Part shown: piece after piece, positions 40,550-51,934 of the stretch
Layout: the number at the start of each line of letters is the position of its first letter
Position numbering within the stretch: position 1 is the first letter of the stretch
Assembly: GCA_963713975.1 (NCBI GenBank)
Contig: OY970218.1
Coordinates: 2,112,001-2,176,000 of the forward strand
DNA from: an uncultured Chloroflexia bacterium
Lineage (GTDB): Bacteria > Chloroflexota > Limnocylindria > Limnocylindrales > CSP1-4
DNA: 64,000 nt
Reading direction: 5' to 3'
Notes under the pieces: model-generated
The model's input: the letters and a program-made list of their open reading frames with translations, nothing else
Told to the model about the DNA's origin: nothing
The model's database searches: none
Translations under genes and position numbers: made by a program

Positions 40550-42568
40550 TCAGATCGCGACGCCGGCCCGCAGTCCCTCGAGCACCGCCTCCTCGATCGT
40601 CCGCGGCGAGAGCACGTCGCCCACGGCCACGACCTCGAACGATCCGGCAAGCGCCCCCGCCTCCAGCTCCGAGAGGAGCCCGTCCGCGGGCACGTGCCCC
40701 TGGGCCAGGACGAGCGCCGAGGCGTCCTCGACAACCACCGCGTCCCCGGTCAGGACGTCCTGGAGGAAGACCGCGGTCGAGTCGGCCCCGAACGGCCGCA
40801 GCGTGGGCCGGAGGTCCACACGCGCACGCCGGGCCGCGGCGATCATGGCGTCGCGCACGTACTGCTGGATCCGCTGGCCCGCCGTATAGCCCGACGAGGC
40901 GAGGGTCACGCGGTGGCCGCTCGTGGCCAGCAGCGTCGCGAGCCCGAGGCCGATCCAGTCGCACCGGAAATCGGCCACCACGACGTGACCGGGCGGCACC
41001 CTGGCTCCGCGGAGGACATCCCAGGCGTCGAGCACGACAGGCTCGCCCATGAGCTCGAGCGGCGGGCGGTACGGCACGGCGCCCGTGGCAACCACGACCA
41101 CGTCGGCGCCCGAGGCCCGCACGTATGCCAGGTCAGCGCGGGTACCGGTGAGGATGGTCGCACCGGCGCGCCGGGCCTCGCCCTCGAGGTTGGTGATGGC
41201 GCCGCCCATTTCCTCCCGCCCGGGGAGCAGCTGGGCCAGGCGCACCTGTCCGCCGACCCAGCGATCGGCCTCCACGAGGGTGACCCGGTGGCCACGCTCC
41301 GCTGCGACGGCGGCCGCCTTGAGTCCGGCGGGCCCACCGCCGATGACCAGCACCGTGCGTGCCGTCGCCGCCGGGGCGTGGCGGGCATGCCCCGGATCGC
41401 CGGCCCGCGGGAACTCCCGCTCCCGCCCGCTCTCCGGGAACTGGATGCACGAGATCGGGAAGCCGGCGTGGAAGTGCCCGATACAGGCCTGGTTGCAGCC
41501 GATGCAGGCCCGGATGTCGTCCAGGCGCCCGTCGGCCGTCTTCGCGGGCAGCTCGGGATCACAGATCAGCGCCCGGGTCATGATGCACATGTCCGCCTGC
41601 CCGGCAGCCAGGACGGCCTCGGCCTCCTGGGGCTGGTTGATCCGGCCGGCGAGGAACACCGGGACGCGCACCACGGCCTTCGTCCGGGCGGCCAGCGGCG
41701 CGTTGTAGGCGTTCGGGATCGGGGACGGTGGCACGATGTGGTCGGAGCCCGCGAGCGTCGCGGACGTGCCCACCATCACGCTCACGTAGTCCATCAGGCC
41801 CTCGGCATCGAGCGCCGCAAGGGCCTCGAGCGCCTCCTCGTCCGTGAGCCCTTCGGGCGTGATCTCCCCGATGGACAGCCGGACGCCGACCACGAAGCCA
41901 GGCCTGGTCGCGGCGCGGCAGGCAGCCAGCGACTCGCGCAGGAACCGCAGGCGGCGGGCCGGGTCACCGCCCCACTCATCGGTGCGCAGGTTGGTGCGCG
42001 GGTTGAGGAACTGCGACGCCAGGTACCCGAACCCCGCGAGGATCTCGCACCCGTCGAGGCCGGCCCGTTCGAGACGTGCCGCCGCGGGGCCGAACCCGGC
42101 CACGATCTCTTCGATCAGCGCCGCCGGCATCGAGCGCGGGATGACGTGGAAGCGTTCGGTGGGCACGGCGCTCGGGGCGAGTGCCACGGCGAGCGTCCCG
42201 TCGCTCGTGTCCATGATCTCCCGGCCGCCGTGGAACAGCTGCCCGAAGACCGTGGCCCCGTGGCGGTGGATGGCCTCCGCCAGCGCCGCGAAGCCGGGGA
42301 TCGCATCGTCCGTGTCCGCCGTCAGCTCGCTCGACGTGTAGCGCGCGGTGGGATGGACGCCCGCGACCTGGATCACGATCAGGCCCGCACCGCCGCGCGC
42401 CCGGGCCTCCTGGTACGCGATCAGCTGGTCGGTCACGAGGCCATCCACCGCCATGACCGTGTCGTGTCCCGAGGACATGATGCGATTGCGGATCGTGACC
42501 CCGCCCACGGTGAGCGGCGAGAAGAGGTGGGGAAAGGCAGGGTTGGCCGACGGCCGCGCGGTCTCCAT
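40550..42568 (-). CDS. NADH:flavin oxidoreductase (OYE TIM barrel + Fe-S + FAD domain; DCR/HpbA-like)
   Basis: LFSPL...IRNRI, ARARGGAGLI, GYL..QFL.P.TN.RTDEWGG, CIGCNQAC...C, GGGPAG. Confidence 0.92.
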   Translation of the reverse strand: METARPSANPAFPHLFSPLTVGGVTIRNRIMSSGHDTVMAVDGLVTDQLIAYQEARARGGAGLIVIQVAGVHPTARYTSSELTADTDDAIPGFAALAEAIHRHGATVFGQLFHGGREIMDTSDGTLAVALAPSAVPTERFHVIPRSMPAALIEEIVAGFGPAAARLERAGLDGCEILAGFGYLASQFLNPRTNLRTDEWGGDPARRLRFLRESLAACRAATRPGFVVGVRLSIGEITPEGLTDEEALEALAALDAEGLMDYVSVMVGTSATLAGSDHIVPPSPIPNAYNAPLAARTKAVVRVPVFLAGRINQPQEAEAVLAAGQADMCIMTRALICDPELPAKTADGRLDDIRACIGCNQACIGHFHAGFPISCIQFPESGREREFPRAGDPGHARHAPAATARTVLVIGGGPAGLKAAAVAAERGHRVTLVEADRWVGGQVRLAQLLPGREEMGGAITNLEGEARRAGATILTGTRADLAYVRASGADVVVVATGAVPYRPPLELMGEPVVLDAWDVLRGARVPPGHVVVADFRCDWIGLGLATLLATSGHRVTLASSGYTAGQRIQQYVRDAMIAAARRARVDLRPTLRPFGADSTAVFLQDVLTGDAVVVEDASALVLAQGHVPADGLLSELEAGALAGSFEVVAVGDVLSPRTIEEAVLEGLRAGVAI

Positions 42569-42695
42569 CCGCGGAGCATGGCGTGTCCGGCGGGCAGCGC
42601 GCCGGCCCGTCGCGCGGGGCGGTTGCACGGATGGGAATCTCGGTCACGAATGGTGCCCCGCCGCCGCCCTCCACGGCCCCTGCTATCGTCCCCGC

Positions 42696-43478
42696 ATGGA
42701 CGCCCACGAGCCCGGACCCGCGGCCGCTCCTCCGATCACGGCACACTGGCTCGGCCGCATCGGTTACCGGGATGCCTGGGGCCTCCAGAAGGGGCTCGCG
42801 AGGGCTCGCGCGGACGGCTCGATCGGGGACCAGCTCCTGCTCCTCGAGCACCCCGCCGTCCTCACCCTCGGACGTGGCGCAGACGAGGCCCACGTCCTCG
42901 CGCCCACGTCGCTGCTGGAAGCACGCGGCATCGAGCTCCTGCGAGTCGAGCGCGGCGGGGAGGTCACCTACCACGGCCCCGGCCAGCTGGTCGCGTACCC
43001 CATCGTGCGGCTCGCGGACCGGGGGCTGCTGCTGCGCCCGTTCGTACGAGCCCTCGAGGCCGCCCTCGCCGAGACGTGTGCCGCGTCCGGCGTCGAGGCG
43101 GGCCGACGCGAGGGCCACCCGGGATGCTGGGTCGGCCGGGAGGATCCGCTGCCGCGCAAGATCGGGGCCCTGGGCATCCGCATCGAGCGGGGCACCACGT
43201 ATCACGGCATCGCGCTCAACGTCGATGTGGACCTCGCCGACTTCAACCTGATCGATCCCTGTGGGATGCCGGGCCTCACCTCCACGTCGATCGCGCGCGA
43301 GGCGGGCCGCCCGGATGAGTCGCCGTCTACGGCCCGCGTGGCGGAGGCGGCCGCCGTGTTCGCCCGTGCCTTCGCCGCCCAGATCGGCGCACCCCTCGCA
43401 GGCACGCTGCCGTCGGAGGCGGATCCCGTCGCGGAGCGCCTGGAGCTGGAGCGCGTGGCCGCCCTGGTGGCGGCATGA
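42696..43478 (+). CDS. lipB: Octanoyltransferase LipB
   Basis: LLEHPAVLTLG, RGGEVTYHGPGQLVAYPI, KIGALG, HGIALNV, IDPCG. Confidence 0.95.
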   Translation: MDAHEPGPAAAPPITAHWLGRIGYRDAWGLQKGLARARADGSIGDQLLLLEHPAVLTLGRGADEAHVLAPTSLLEARGIELLRVERGGEVTYHGPGQLVAYPIVRLADRGLLLRPFVRALEAALAETCAASGVEAGRREGHPGCWVGREDPLPRKIGALGIRIERGTTYHGIALNVDVDLADFNLIDPCGMPGLTSTSIAREAGRPDESPSTARVAEAAAVFARAFAAQIGAPLAGTLPSEADPVAERLELERVAALVAA

Positions 43479-43501
43479 GCGCCGGGGCGGCATGAGCGCC
43501 G
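43469..43501 (+). repeat. 16-bp direct duplication of the lipB 3' end
   Basis: GGCGGCATGAGCGCCG at 43469-84 and 43486-501. Confidence 0.9.
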
Positions 43502-43514
43502 CGGGAGGACGGCC

Positions 43515-44519
43515 GTGAGCCAGGGCCTGTTCGAGCTGCGCAAGGACGCCATCACGGGCTGGTGGGTGGCCACGATGGTGGACCGCACCTTCGCCCGCGA
43601 GCGGTTCGCGCTCGCCGCGGCCCGGATCGACGACCGCGACGACTGCTTCAACTGCCGAATCCCCGAGGGCGACGGCGTCCGCCTGCGCACACTCAAGGAC
43701 TTCGCGTTCACGGTCGCCGGCACCGAGGAGGAGGCGCGCGCGCGGGAGGGTTCGGTTGCCCAGGTGACGATCGCGGACGCGCGCGCGGCCGGGGCCTGGC
43801 GGACCGTGGTCGCGCCGCCCGGCGAGCACCGCGCGCTCCACGCCGTCGGCAGCGGGATCATCGAGCAGCTCCTGCGCGGCTCGCGCGACGCGATCGTCGC
43901 CAGCCGCGCGGCGGACCGCACGCAGTACCTGCAGGTCGTCCAGAACTGGGGAGCCCAGGCCGGCGCCCGGACCAACCACCTGTGCCTCGACCTGTACGAC
44001 CTGCCCCAGATCCCGCACCGGATCGGGGAGGAGCTGGGCGGTGCGGCGCGGTACCTGATCCGCGAGGGCGAGTGCCCGTACTGCCGGCTCGTCCGCGACG
44101 AGGTCCGCCGGGCCGACCGCCTGCTGTATGCCGACGACCACGCCGTGGCGTTCGCGCCCTACGCGAGCCGCTCGCCGTTCGAGATCTGGGTCGTGCCCCG
44201 CCGTCACGATGCGGATTTCGGCCGCGCCACGGACGCGGACATCGCCGCCGCCGCCGAGGCGTTGCGCCACGTGCTGGGCCAGCTGGCCTCGAGCCTCGAT
44301 GGCCCGCCCTACAACCTGGTCCTCCACACCGCGCCGCTGAAGGAACAGGTCGACGCTACCTACCACTGGCACTGGGAGATCCACCCCCGATTGCGCGAGA
44401 TTGCGGGCCTGGAGCTGGGGACCGGCCTGCCGGTCAACCCGGTGTCGCCGGAGGACGCCGTCGACGAGCTCCGGGCGGGTCCCGGTCCGGACACGCCGCC
44501 CGAGCATCCGAGGCGGTGA
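43515..44519 (+). CDS. GalT/HIT-superfamily protein lacking the canonical HxH catalytic motif
   Basis: ELRKD.ITG.WV, N.G..AGA, CPYC, PYASRSPFEIW..P..H, YHWHWEI.PR...AG.ELGTG..VNPV.PE; HPH site reads HLC. Confidence 0.85.
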   Translation: MSQGLFELRKDAITGWWVATMVDRTFARERFALAAARIDDRDDCFNCRIPEGDGVRLRTLKDFAFTVAGTEEEARAREGSVAQVTIADARAAGAWRTVVAPPGEHRALHAVGSGIIEQLLRGSRDAIVASRAADRTQYLQVVQNWGAQAGARTNHLCLDLYDLPQIPHRIGEELGGAARYLIREGECPYCRLVRDEVRRADRLLYADDHAVAFAPYASRSPFEIWVVPRRHDADFGRATDADIAAAAEALRHVLGQLASSLDGPPYNLVLHTAPLKEQVDATYHWHWEIHPRLREIAGLELGTGLPVNPVSPEDAVDELRAGPGPDTPPEHPRR

Positions 44520-44540
44520 GCGGGACGGGGGGAGGAGTCC

Positions 44541-44566
44541 GTCACACGGTGCGCGATCGCTGCGTC
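44541..44566 (+). promoter_or_regulatory. Putative autoregulatory ECF promoter
   Basis: GTCACA-N16-CGTC upstream of the sigma gene. Confidence 0.5.
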
Positions 44567-44631
44567 ACAAGGGCCTGGAGCACACGGCTCCGGATCGGGG
44601 GGAGCAACGGATCCCCAGCACCGGAGTACTT

Positions 44632-45279
44632 GTGGTCGCAGATCCCCTGGAGCTCGAACGGCGGCGGGTCATGCCCGCGGGCTTTGCCGTGAGCGCCGCG
44701 TGGGATCGTGACGAGGCCTACCGCTTCGTCGAGGACCTGTTCGCAAAGCACCAGAACGAGATCTACGCGTACCTCGTCCGCATGCTCCGCGACACGGAGC
44801 TCGCCGCGGACCTGACCCAGGATGCGTTCGTCAAGGCCTACCGGGCCTACGACTCGCTCCAGAAGCCCGAGAACGCCCGCGCCTGGCTGTACCAGATCGC
44901 GCACCGGGTGGCGCTCGACGACCTGCGGCGCAAGCGCATCGTGCGGTTCATCCCGCTCGTCGGCGAGACCCGCAACTCCGCCCCGTCTGCTGAGCACCTG
45001 GTGATGGAGGCCCGCCTGTCGGGGGAGCTCCAGCGCGCGCTGGAGAGGATCCCGGAACGCCAGCGGTCCGCCCTCCTGCTCGCCGAGCTCCACGACATGA
45101 CGGGCCTCGAGCTCGCGGCCGCCCTCGGCGTGTCGCACGTGGCCGCGCGGGCGCTGCTCACCCGGGCCCGTGAGAGCCTCCGCCAGGCGCTGTCCGCCGA
45201 GCGCCAGTCAGCTGCCGATGCGGAGTCCGCCGCCGATGCCGGGTCCGCTGCAGGGCGTGATGGGGAGGCGCGGCGATGA
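44632..45279 (+). CDS. ECF sigma-70 factor
   Basis: AADLTQDAFVKAY, RAWLYQIA.R.ALD..R, region 4 ELAAALGVS...LTRAR; start GTG44632 (GGAG RBS) or ATG44671. Confidence 0.92.
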   Translation: MVADPLELERRRVMPAGFAVSAAWDRDEAYRFVEDLFAKHQNEIYAYLVRMLRDTELAADLTQDAFVKAYRAYDSLQKPENARAWLYQIAHRVALDDLRRKRIVRFIPLVGETRNSAPSAEHLVMEARLSGELQRALERIPERQRSALLLAELHDMTGLELAAALGVSHVAARALLTRARESLRQALSAERQSAADAESAADAGSAAGRDGEARR

Positions 45280-47012
45280 GGTCGCTCCACCGCGCCACGG
45301 GCGATCACCAGCGCGCTCGCGAGCTCGCCGCCGTGCGCCAGGGCGAGCTCCTCGAGACGGCGGACGCGGCGTGGCTGGACAGCCATCTCGCGGGTTGCGC
45401 GGACTGCGCAGGGGTGGCAGCGGCCTACGATGCGGACCATCTTGCCTTCGGGGCGCTGCGTGAAGCGGTACCGATGCCGCCGCGGGACCTGTGGGCGCGC
45501 ACCGCGGCCAGCCTGGACGCCGAACCTGGCGCCCGTGTCCGCCTCGGTCGTCCGCGCCGCTCCATGGACCGGTCCTCGGCCCTGCTGGCGCCTATCGCCG
45601 GTATCGCCGTGGTTGCCATCGTGGTGGGTTCCGGCCTGCTCAACGGGTCCACGTCGACGCCCGGGGCCCTGGCCCCGTCCGCAGCACCTCCCACGCCGAT
45701 CGCCATGACCGCGCGCGACGTCTCGGTCCTGAGCATGGATTCAGATGGCGGTTTCCAGATCCAGACGCGGCGCGTGGACGAGGTCTGTCCGCTGGCTGCG
45801 TCGGAGTGCCAGGTGGAACCCTCCTTCGAGGTGGCCCAGGTCGCCGGGATCGGCGGTTGGGACAGTCTTGACGCGATCATCTCCCCCACGAAGGACAGCC
45901 TGGTGCTGGTCCAGCGGGGCACGTCCGGGTCTGATGGCGTGTTCGTGGTCCCGGTCACGCGGCCGACCGCCAGCCCGCCGCCCTCGCCGCCGGTGGCCAC
46001 CGTTGCGCCGGCGACGCCGAAGCCGACCCCCGACTCCACGCCGGAACCTGCCACCGGGGCGCCGTCCGTCGCGCCCACGGAGGCACCGTCCAGCCCGGAC
46101 GGCTCGCCGTCCGAGGCGCCGTCCGAGTCTCCCCTCGACACGCCGCCGGCGACCCCGGAGCAGCCAACGACGCCTTCCGAGACGCAGGAGCCGACACCCG
46201 AGCCGACACCGGTCGTGGCAGTGACCCCGGTGCCCGGCGGTGCGGTCGAGATCGCCAGCAACGTCATCGTCGTCGGGAGCATCTCCGGTTACAACGCCGA
46301 CGGCAGCCGGTTTGCCTTCACTGCCCGGCCTGCCGACGGGTCTGCGGGGCCCGACGTCTACGTGTGGAACACCGACGACACCGTCGCACGCGCCGTGACC
46401 ACCGATCACCGGTCCGTGCTCGCGGGCTGGGACGGGCGCCACCTGCTGGTCAGCCGGGTCGTGGACGGCACCCCACGGACGTTCACCGTGAACGCCAAGA
46501 CCGGCGAAGTGGTGGCCGAGCAGGGTCGCGCCGCCTGGCTGCCGACGATCGCGCCGTCCGGAGACCGTGCTGCCTGGTGGGACGGGTCGGTCCGTCTCGC
46601 GGACGACGGGGTCACCTGGGCTCCCGAGAGCGGACGGCTCGTCGTGGGCTCCTGGCCGGATCCGGTCGGTGGCGGGCAGGTGCTGGTCGAGGGCGGCGTG
46701 CCTGACTGGCAGGTCCGCTGGGCGCCCGATGGCTCCGCCCTTGCCGTCTGGATCGCGGGCAAGCGCTCTGCGGATCCCGGGTTGCTTGACCTCTACGCGA
46801 TTGACCCCGAGACGGGTCGCGTGCTCGTCGATTCGCCGCTGCTCAAGGGCGCGGACGCGTTCGAGGGCTTCTCCCTGCAGGACGGCCACCTGGCGTGGTC
46901 GGCCCCCGGCAACGGCGGCGATCGGACCGTGCAGGTGCTGGGCTGGGAGGGTGACGCGGTGCTCGGTGGCCTGCAGCTTCCGGCCGCAGGTGGGGCCACC
47001 GTCGTCCGCTGA
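45276..47012 (+). CDS. Membrane anti-sigma factor: ZAS zinc finger, TM helix, Pro/Thr linker, extracellular beta-propeller-like domain
   Basis: HLAGCADC (HxxxCxxC), TM IAGIAVVAIVVG, TolB-like DGSRFAF / WAPDGSALA repeats; ATGA overlap with sigma. Confidence 0.85.
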   Translation: MRSLHRATGDHQRARELAAVRQGELLETADAAWLDSHLAGCADCAGVAAAYDADHLAFGALREAVPMPPRDLWARTAASLDAEPGARVRLGRPRRSMDRSSALLAPIAGIAVVAIVVGSGLLNGSTSTPGALAPSAAPPTPIAMTARDVSVLSMDSDGGFQIQTRRVDEVCPLAASECQVEPSFEVAQVAGIGGWDSLDAIISPTKDSLVLVQRGTSGSDGVFVVPVTRPTASPPPSPPVATVAPATPKPTPDSTPEPATGAPSVAPTEAPSSPDGSPSEAPSESPLDTPPATPEQPTTPSETQEPTPEPTPVVAVTPVPGGAVEIASNVIVVGSISGYNADGSRFAFTARPADGSAGPDVYVWNTDDTVARAVTTDHRSVLAGWDGRHLLVSRVVDGTPRTFTVNAKTGEVVAEQGRAAWLPTIAPSGDRAAWWDGSVRLADDGVTWAPESGRLVVGSWPDPVGGGQVLVEGGVPDWQVRWAPDGSALAVWIAGKRSADPGLLDLYAIDPETGRVLVDSPLLKGADAFEGFSLQDGHLAWSAPGNGGDRTVQVLGWEGDAVLGGLQLPAAGGATVVR

Positions 47013-47135
47013 TCGGGCCGCCAGAGCGCCTGTTGCACCCGCGCACCACAACCGGGAACCGGCACCGGAACAGGCAAACGCCGGCTCCCGCCCGCAACCA
47101 CCGCACTCGGCCGAATAGGGTATGTTCCCTATGTA

Positions 47136-47687
47136 ATGCGACGTAGACCGGTCGTTGCGGTCGCAGCGCTCATCGCTGCGTTCGCACTGGTCGGCTTGCC
47201 CGTTCCGGCGGAATTGCGGATGTCGTCCGCGGCCCGGGACCTGCAGCCGGTGTCATTCACTTCGGTGACCATTCCCGCGGATGCCCCCGCTCAGCGAGCC
47301 AGGGGCGCGTCCGACACTGCCCTCGATTCCGCGAATCGCCTGTCCGGCGCTGAACGGTTGGCCGAGCTGGGCACGGCGCCCGCGCTCCCGTCGAAGCGGC
47401 CCTCCGTAACGCAGCCGCTCGCGGCCGCGGGATCCGACTGGAAGGAGCCCAAGTCCAAGGTCTCGGGGTACGCCACGTTCTACGACAACGGCACGACCGC
47501 CATGCGGCTGCCCCGCGGAACCGTCGTCCGGATCTGTGGTGCCGGTGGGTGCATCCAGCGGACCGTCACCGATTACGGGCCCCAGAAGAAGAGCCGGGTC
47601 GTGGACCTCTATCGGCCGGACTTCTTCAAGATCTGCGGCTGCGAATTGTGGTCCGGCACCACCAAGGTGACCGTCTCCATCTACTGA
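47136..47687 (+). CDS. Secreted RlpA-like/DPBB-domain protein
   Basis: Signal peptide; GYATFY, LPRGTVVRI, VTDYGP, RVVDL. Confidence 0.75.
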   Translation: MRRRPVVAVAALIAAFALVGLPVPAELRMSSAARDLQPVSFTSVTIPADAPAQRARGASDTALDSANRLSGAERLAELGTAPALPSKRPSVTQPLAAAGSDWKEPKSKVSGYATFYDNGTTAMRLPRGTVVRICGAGGCIQRTVTDYGPQKKSRVVDLYRPDFFKICGCELWSGTTKVTVSIY

Positions 47688-49419
<1,732 letters not shown>

Positions 49420-49423
<4 letters not shown>

Positions 49424-50814
49424 GCGAGGTTGCGGATGGCCTGGTCCTGCGGGGCTGGGCAGTGGACCCGGCGAGCGGACACGATGGCGCTGCCGAGGTG
49501 TCGGTGCAGAACGGCGTGCTCGAGCGCCTGACCTGGCTCTCCGGATCGGACGCGGACGGCCTCGGCCCGGAGGGGACGCTGATCCTGCCCGGCCTGGTGG
49601 ACCTGCATGCGCACTTCCGCGAGCCCGGCAACGAGGATGCCGAGACGGTCGCCACGGGCCAGGCGGCGGCGGCGCACGGAGGCTTCACCACGGTTGCCGT
49701 GATGCCCAACACGACCCCGGCCGTCGACGAGCCAGGGGTTGTGGCGCGGATCCTCGCGGCCGCCTCGTCCTCCGGCTCCCCCGTGCGGGTGATGGTCCAC
49801 GGAGCCGTTACCGCAGGTCGCAAGGGGGAGACGCTGGCCGCGTTGGGCGAGCTTGCCGACGCCGGCGTCGCGGGCTTCTCCGATGACGGGGCGCCCGTGC
49901 ACGCTGCCGCCATCCTGCGCAATGCCCTCGCCTACGCGGGCTCGCTGGGGCTCCCGGTCATCGACCACCCGGAGGACCCGGCCCTCACCGGTGGCGCAGA
50001 GGCGTCTGAGGGCTATGTCGCCAGCGTGCTCGGGCTCCGCGGCTGGCCGGTCGCCGGCGAGGCGGGCGCCGTCGCCAGGGCGATCGCGATCCTCGCCGAC
50101 GTGGTGGCTGACGTGCCGGGCGCCAGGCTCCACCTGACCCACGTCTCCACGGCCGCGTCTCTGGACCACGTCCGGGCGGCAAAGGCCGCGGGCCTGCCCG
50201 TGACCTGCGACGTCACGCCGCACCACCTCGCCTTCACGGATGAATGGATCGCCGGTTCGCGGCGCTGGGCGTGGGAGGCGCTGGGCCCGGATGGCTCGGC
50301 GCGGGACCCGTGGGTGGACGGGTCGCTGGTCGCCGCGCCGTTCGACACCTCGCTGCGGGTGAATCCCCCGCTGCGGTCCGCACCCGATGCCGCCGCCTGC
50401 ATGGCGGCGCTCGCCGATGGGACGGCGGACGCGATCGCCACGGACCACGCGCCGCACACCGAGGTGGACAAGCACGTCGAGTTTGGCTGGGCGATCAACG
50501 GCATCAGCGGGATCGAGACCGCACTGCCGATCGCGCTGGCGGCGGTTGAGGCGGGGCTGCTGCCCCTCGCGCGGGCCGTGGAGGCCCTGACCACCGGTCC
50601 GGCGCGGATCCTCGGGGACCGGATCGCGGTGGAGCCGGGACTTCGTGAAGGCGAGCCGGCCGACCTCGTCGTCGTGGACCGGGGGGCGCGCTGGACCGTG
50701 ACCCGGGAGACGTTGCGCTCGAAGGGCAAGAACTCACCCCTGCTCGGCCGCGAGATCCGCGGCGTCGTGCGGCTGACCCTCGCCGCCGGCCGCGTCGCCT
50801 ACGGCGCCGACTGA
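49420..50814 (+). CDS. pyrC: Dihydroorotase (type I)
   Basis: DLHAHFREPG, MPNT.P, FSDDG, DVTPHHL, VNPPLR, IATDHAPH, GKNSP. Confidence 0.96.
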
Positions 50815-50866
50815 CGCTCGGCCGGCCCCGTCATCCGGCCCGAAACGCCGACCGTGCCACCCGGGG

Positions 50867-51880
50867 TCAACGGCGCACCGGTGCTGGCACGGCCACCGGA
50901 CGGCCCGCGCCAAGGACCCGCAGGTCGCGCTCGGCCATGAGCATCCAGCGCACGCTGCGGACCATCCCCGGGCCGCGTGCCCCGTCGAGCACACGCACAT
51001 ACCAGACGGGTTCGGACGGGGATCCCGCGCCGGCGACCAGGGCGGCCGCCGGATCGAGCGCGGCGACTGCGTCCGGCCATAGCAGGACGCCCGACAACGG
51101 CAGGTCTGCCGCATCGAGGAAGGCGAACGGGTTTGGTCGTCGCTCACCCGTGTCAAGGCGGCTCGCGATGAGGGGTGTCAGGCCGACACGCGCGCCGTCG
51201 GCCCAGGCGAAGCGCTCCACGACGAGCACCTCCTCGCAGGTGTCGGGCCCGATCCCACACCGCGGTCCGGAGGCTCCGAACCGGCCGATCACCAGGACGC
51301 GGGGATCTCCGTCGACGGCGGGACGGGTCGCATCGGTGACCGCTGCAGGCAGACGCACGCCGATCGGGATGGACAGGTGGACATGGGGGGCGACTGCGCC
51401 GAGAAGCGTGTCGCGCGCGGCCCGGGGCGCATCCGCAAGGGTGGCCGCCCGCTCGCACCACGGGCCGAGCGATCCGCCGGCCTCATCGACGCAGGCGCCA
51501 TCGACCGGCCCGAGGCCGCGGAGGTAGCCGGTCACCGCAAGTGCCACGGCGGCTCCACCTTCGTCCTGTGCGGCAAGTGCCTCGCCCACGGTCCGGGACG
51601 AGAGGTCGCCGAGCTGGCCCGGGGGCTCGGGAGACCCATCCAGGATGACCGCGGGCGATGGGGAGGCAGGGACCGTCGACGGCGACAATGCCGATGGCGC
51701 CGTGGTCCCGGCGGGACCGGCCACGGCGGGCGTCGGTGCCGTCCTGTCCTCCGGCCTCGACCCGAGCACGCCGACGGCCACGACCGCGGCCAGCAGTGCC
51801 ACCGGCACGATGAGGGCGGCCAGGCGCACCGCGCGGCGGACCGGCGATCGCGGGTTGGTGGGAGTCGGCTCGATGATCAT
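50867..51880 (-). CDS. Hypothetical membrane-anchored protein
   Basis: N-terminal TM helix, Pro/Thr/Ser linker, Cys-containing extracellular region. Confidence 0.65.
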   Translation of the reverse strand: MIIEPTPTNPRSPVRRAVRLAALIVPVALLAAVVAVGVLGSRPEDRTAPTPAVAGPAGTTAPSALSPSTVPASPSPAVILDGSPEPPGQLGDLSSRTVGEALAAQDEGGAAVALAVTGYLRGLGPVDGACVDEAGGSLGPWCERAATLADAPRAARDTLLGAVAPHVHLSIPIGVRLPAAVTDATRPAVDGDPRVLVIGRFGASGPRCGIGPDTCEEVLVVERFAWADGARVGLTPLIASRLDTGERRPNPFAFLDAADLPLSGVLLWPDAVAALDPAAALVAGAGSPSEPVWYVRVLDGARGPGMVRSVRWMLMAERDLRVLGAGRPVAVPAPVRR

Positions 51881-51934
51881 CGCTTGCCCGACTCTACGAT
51901 GCAAGGGCTCCGCTGGATGTGAGGCCTCGGCCGG

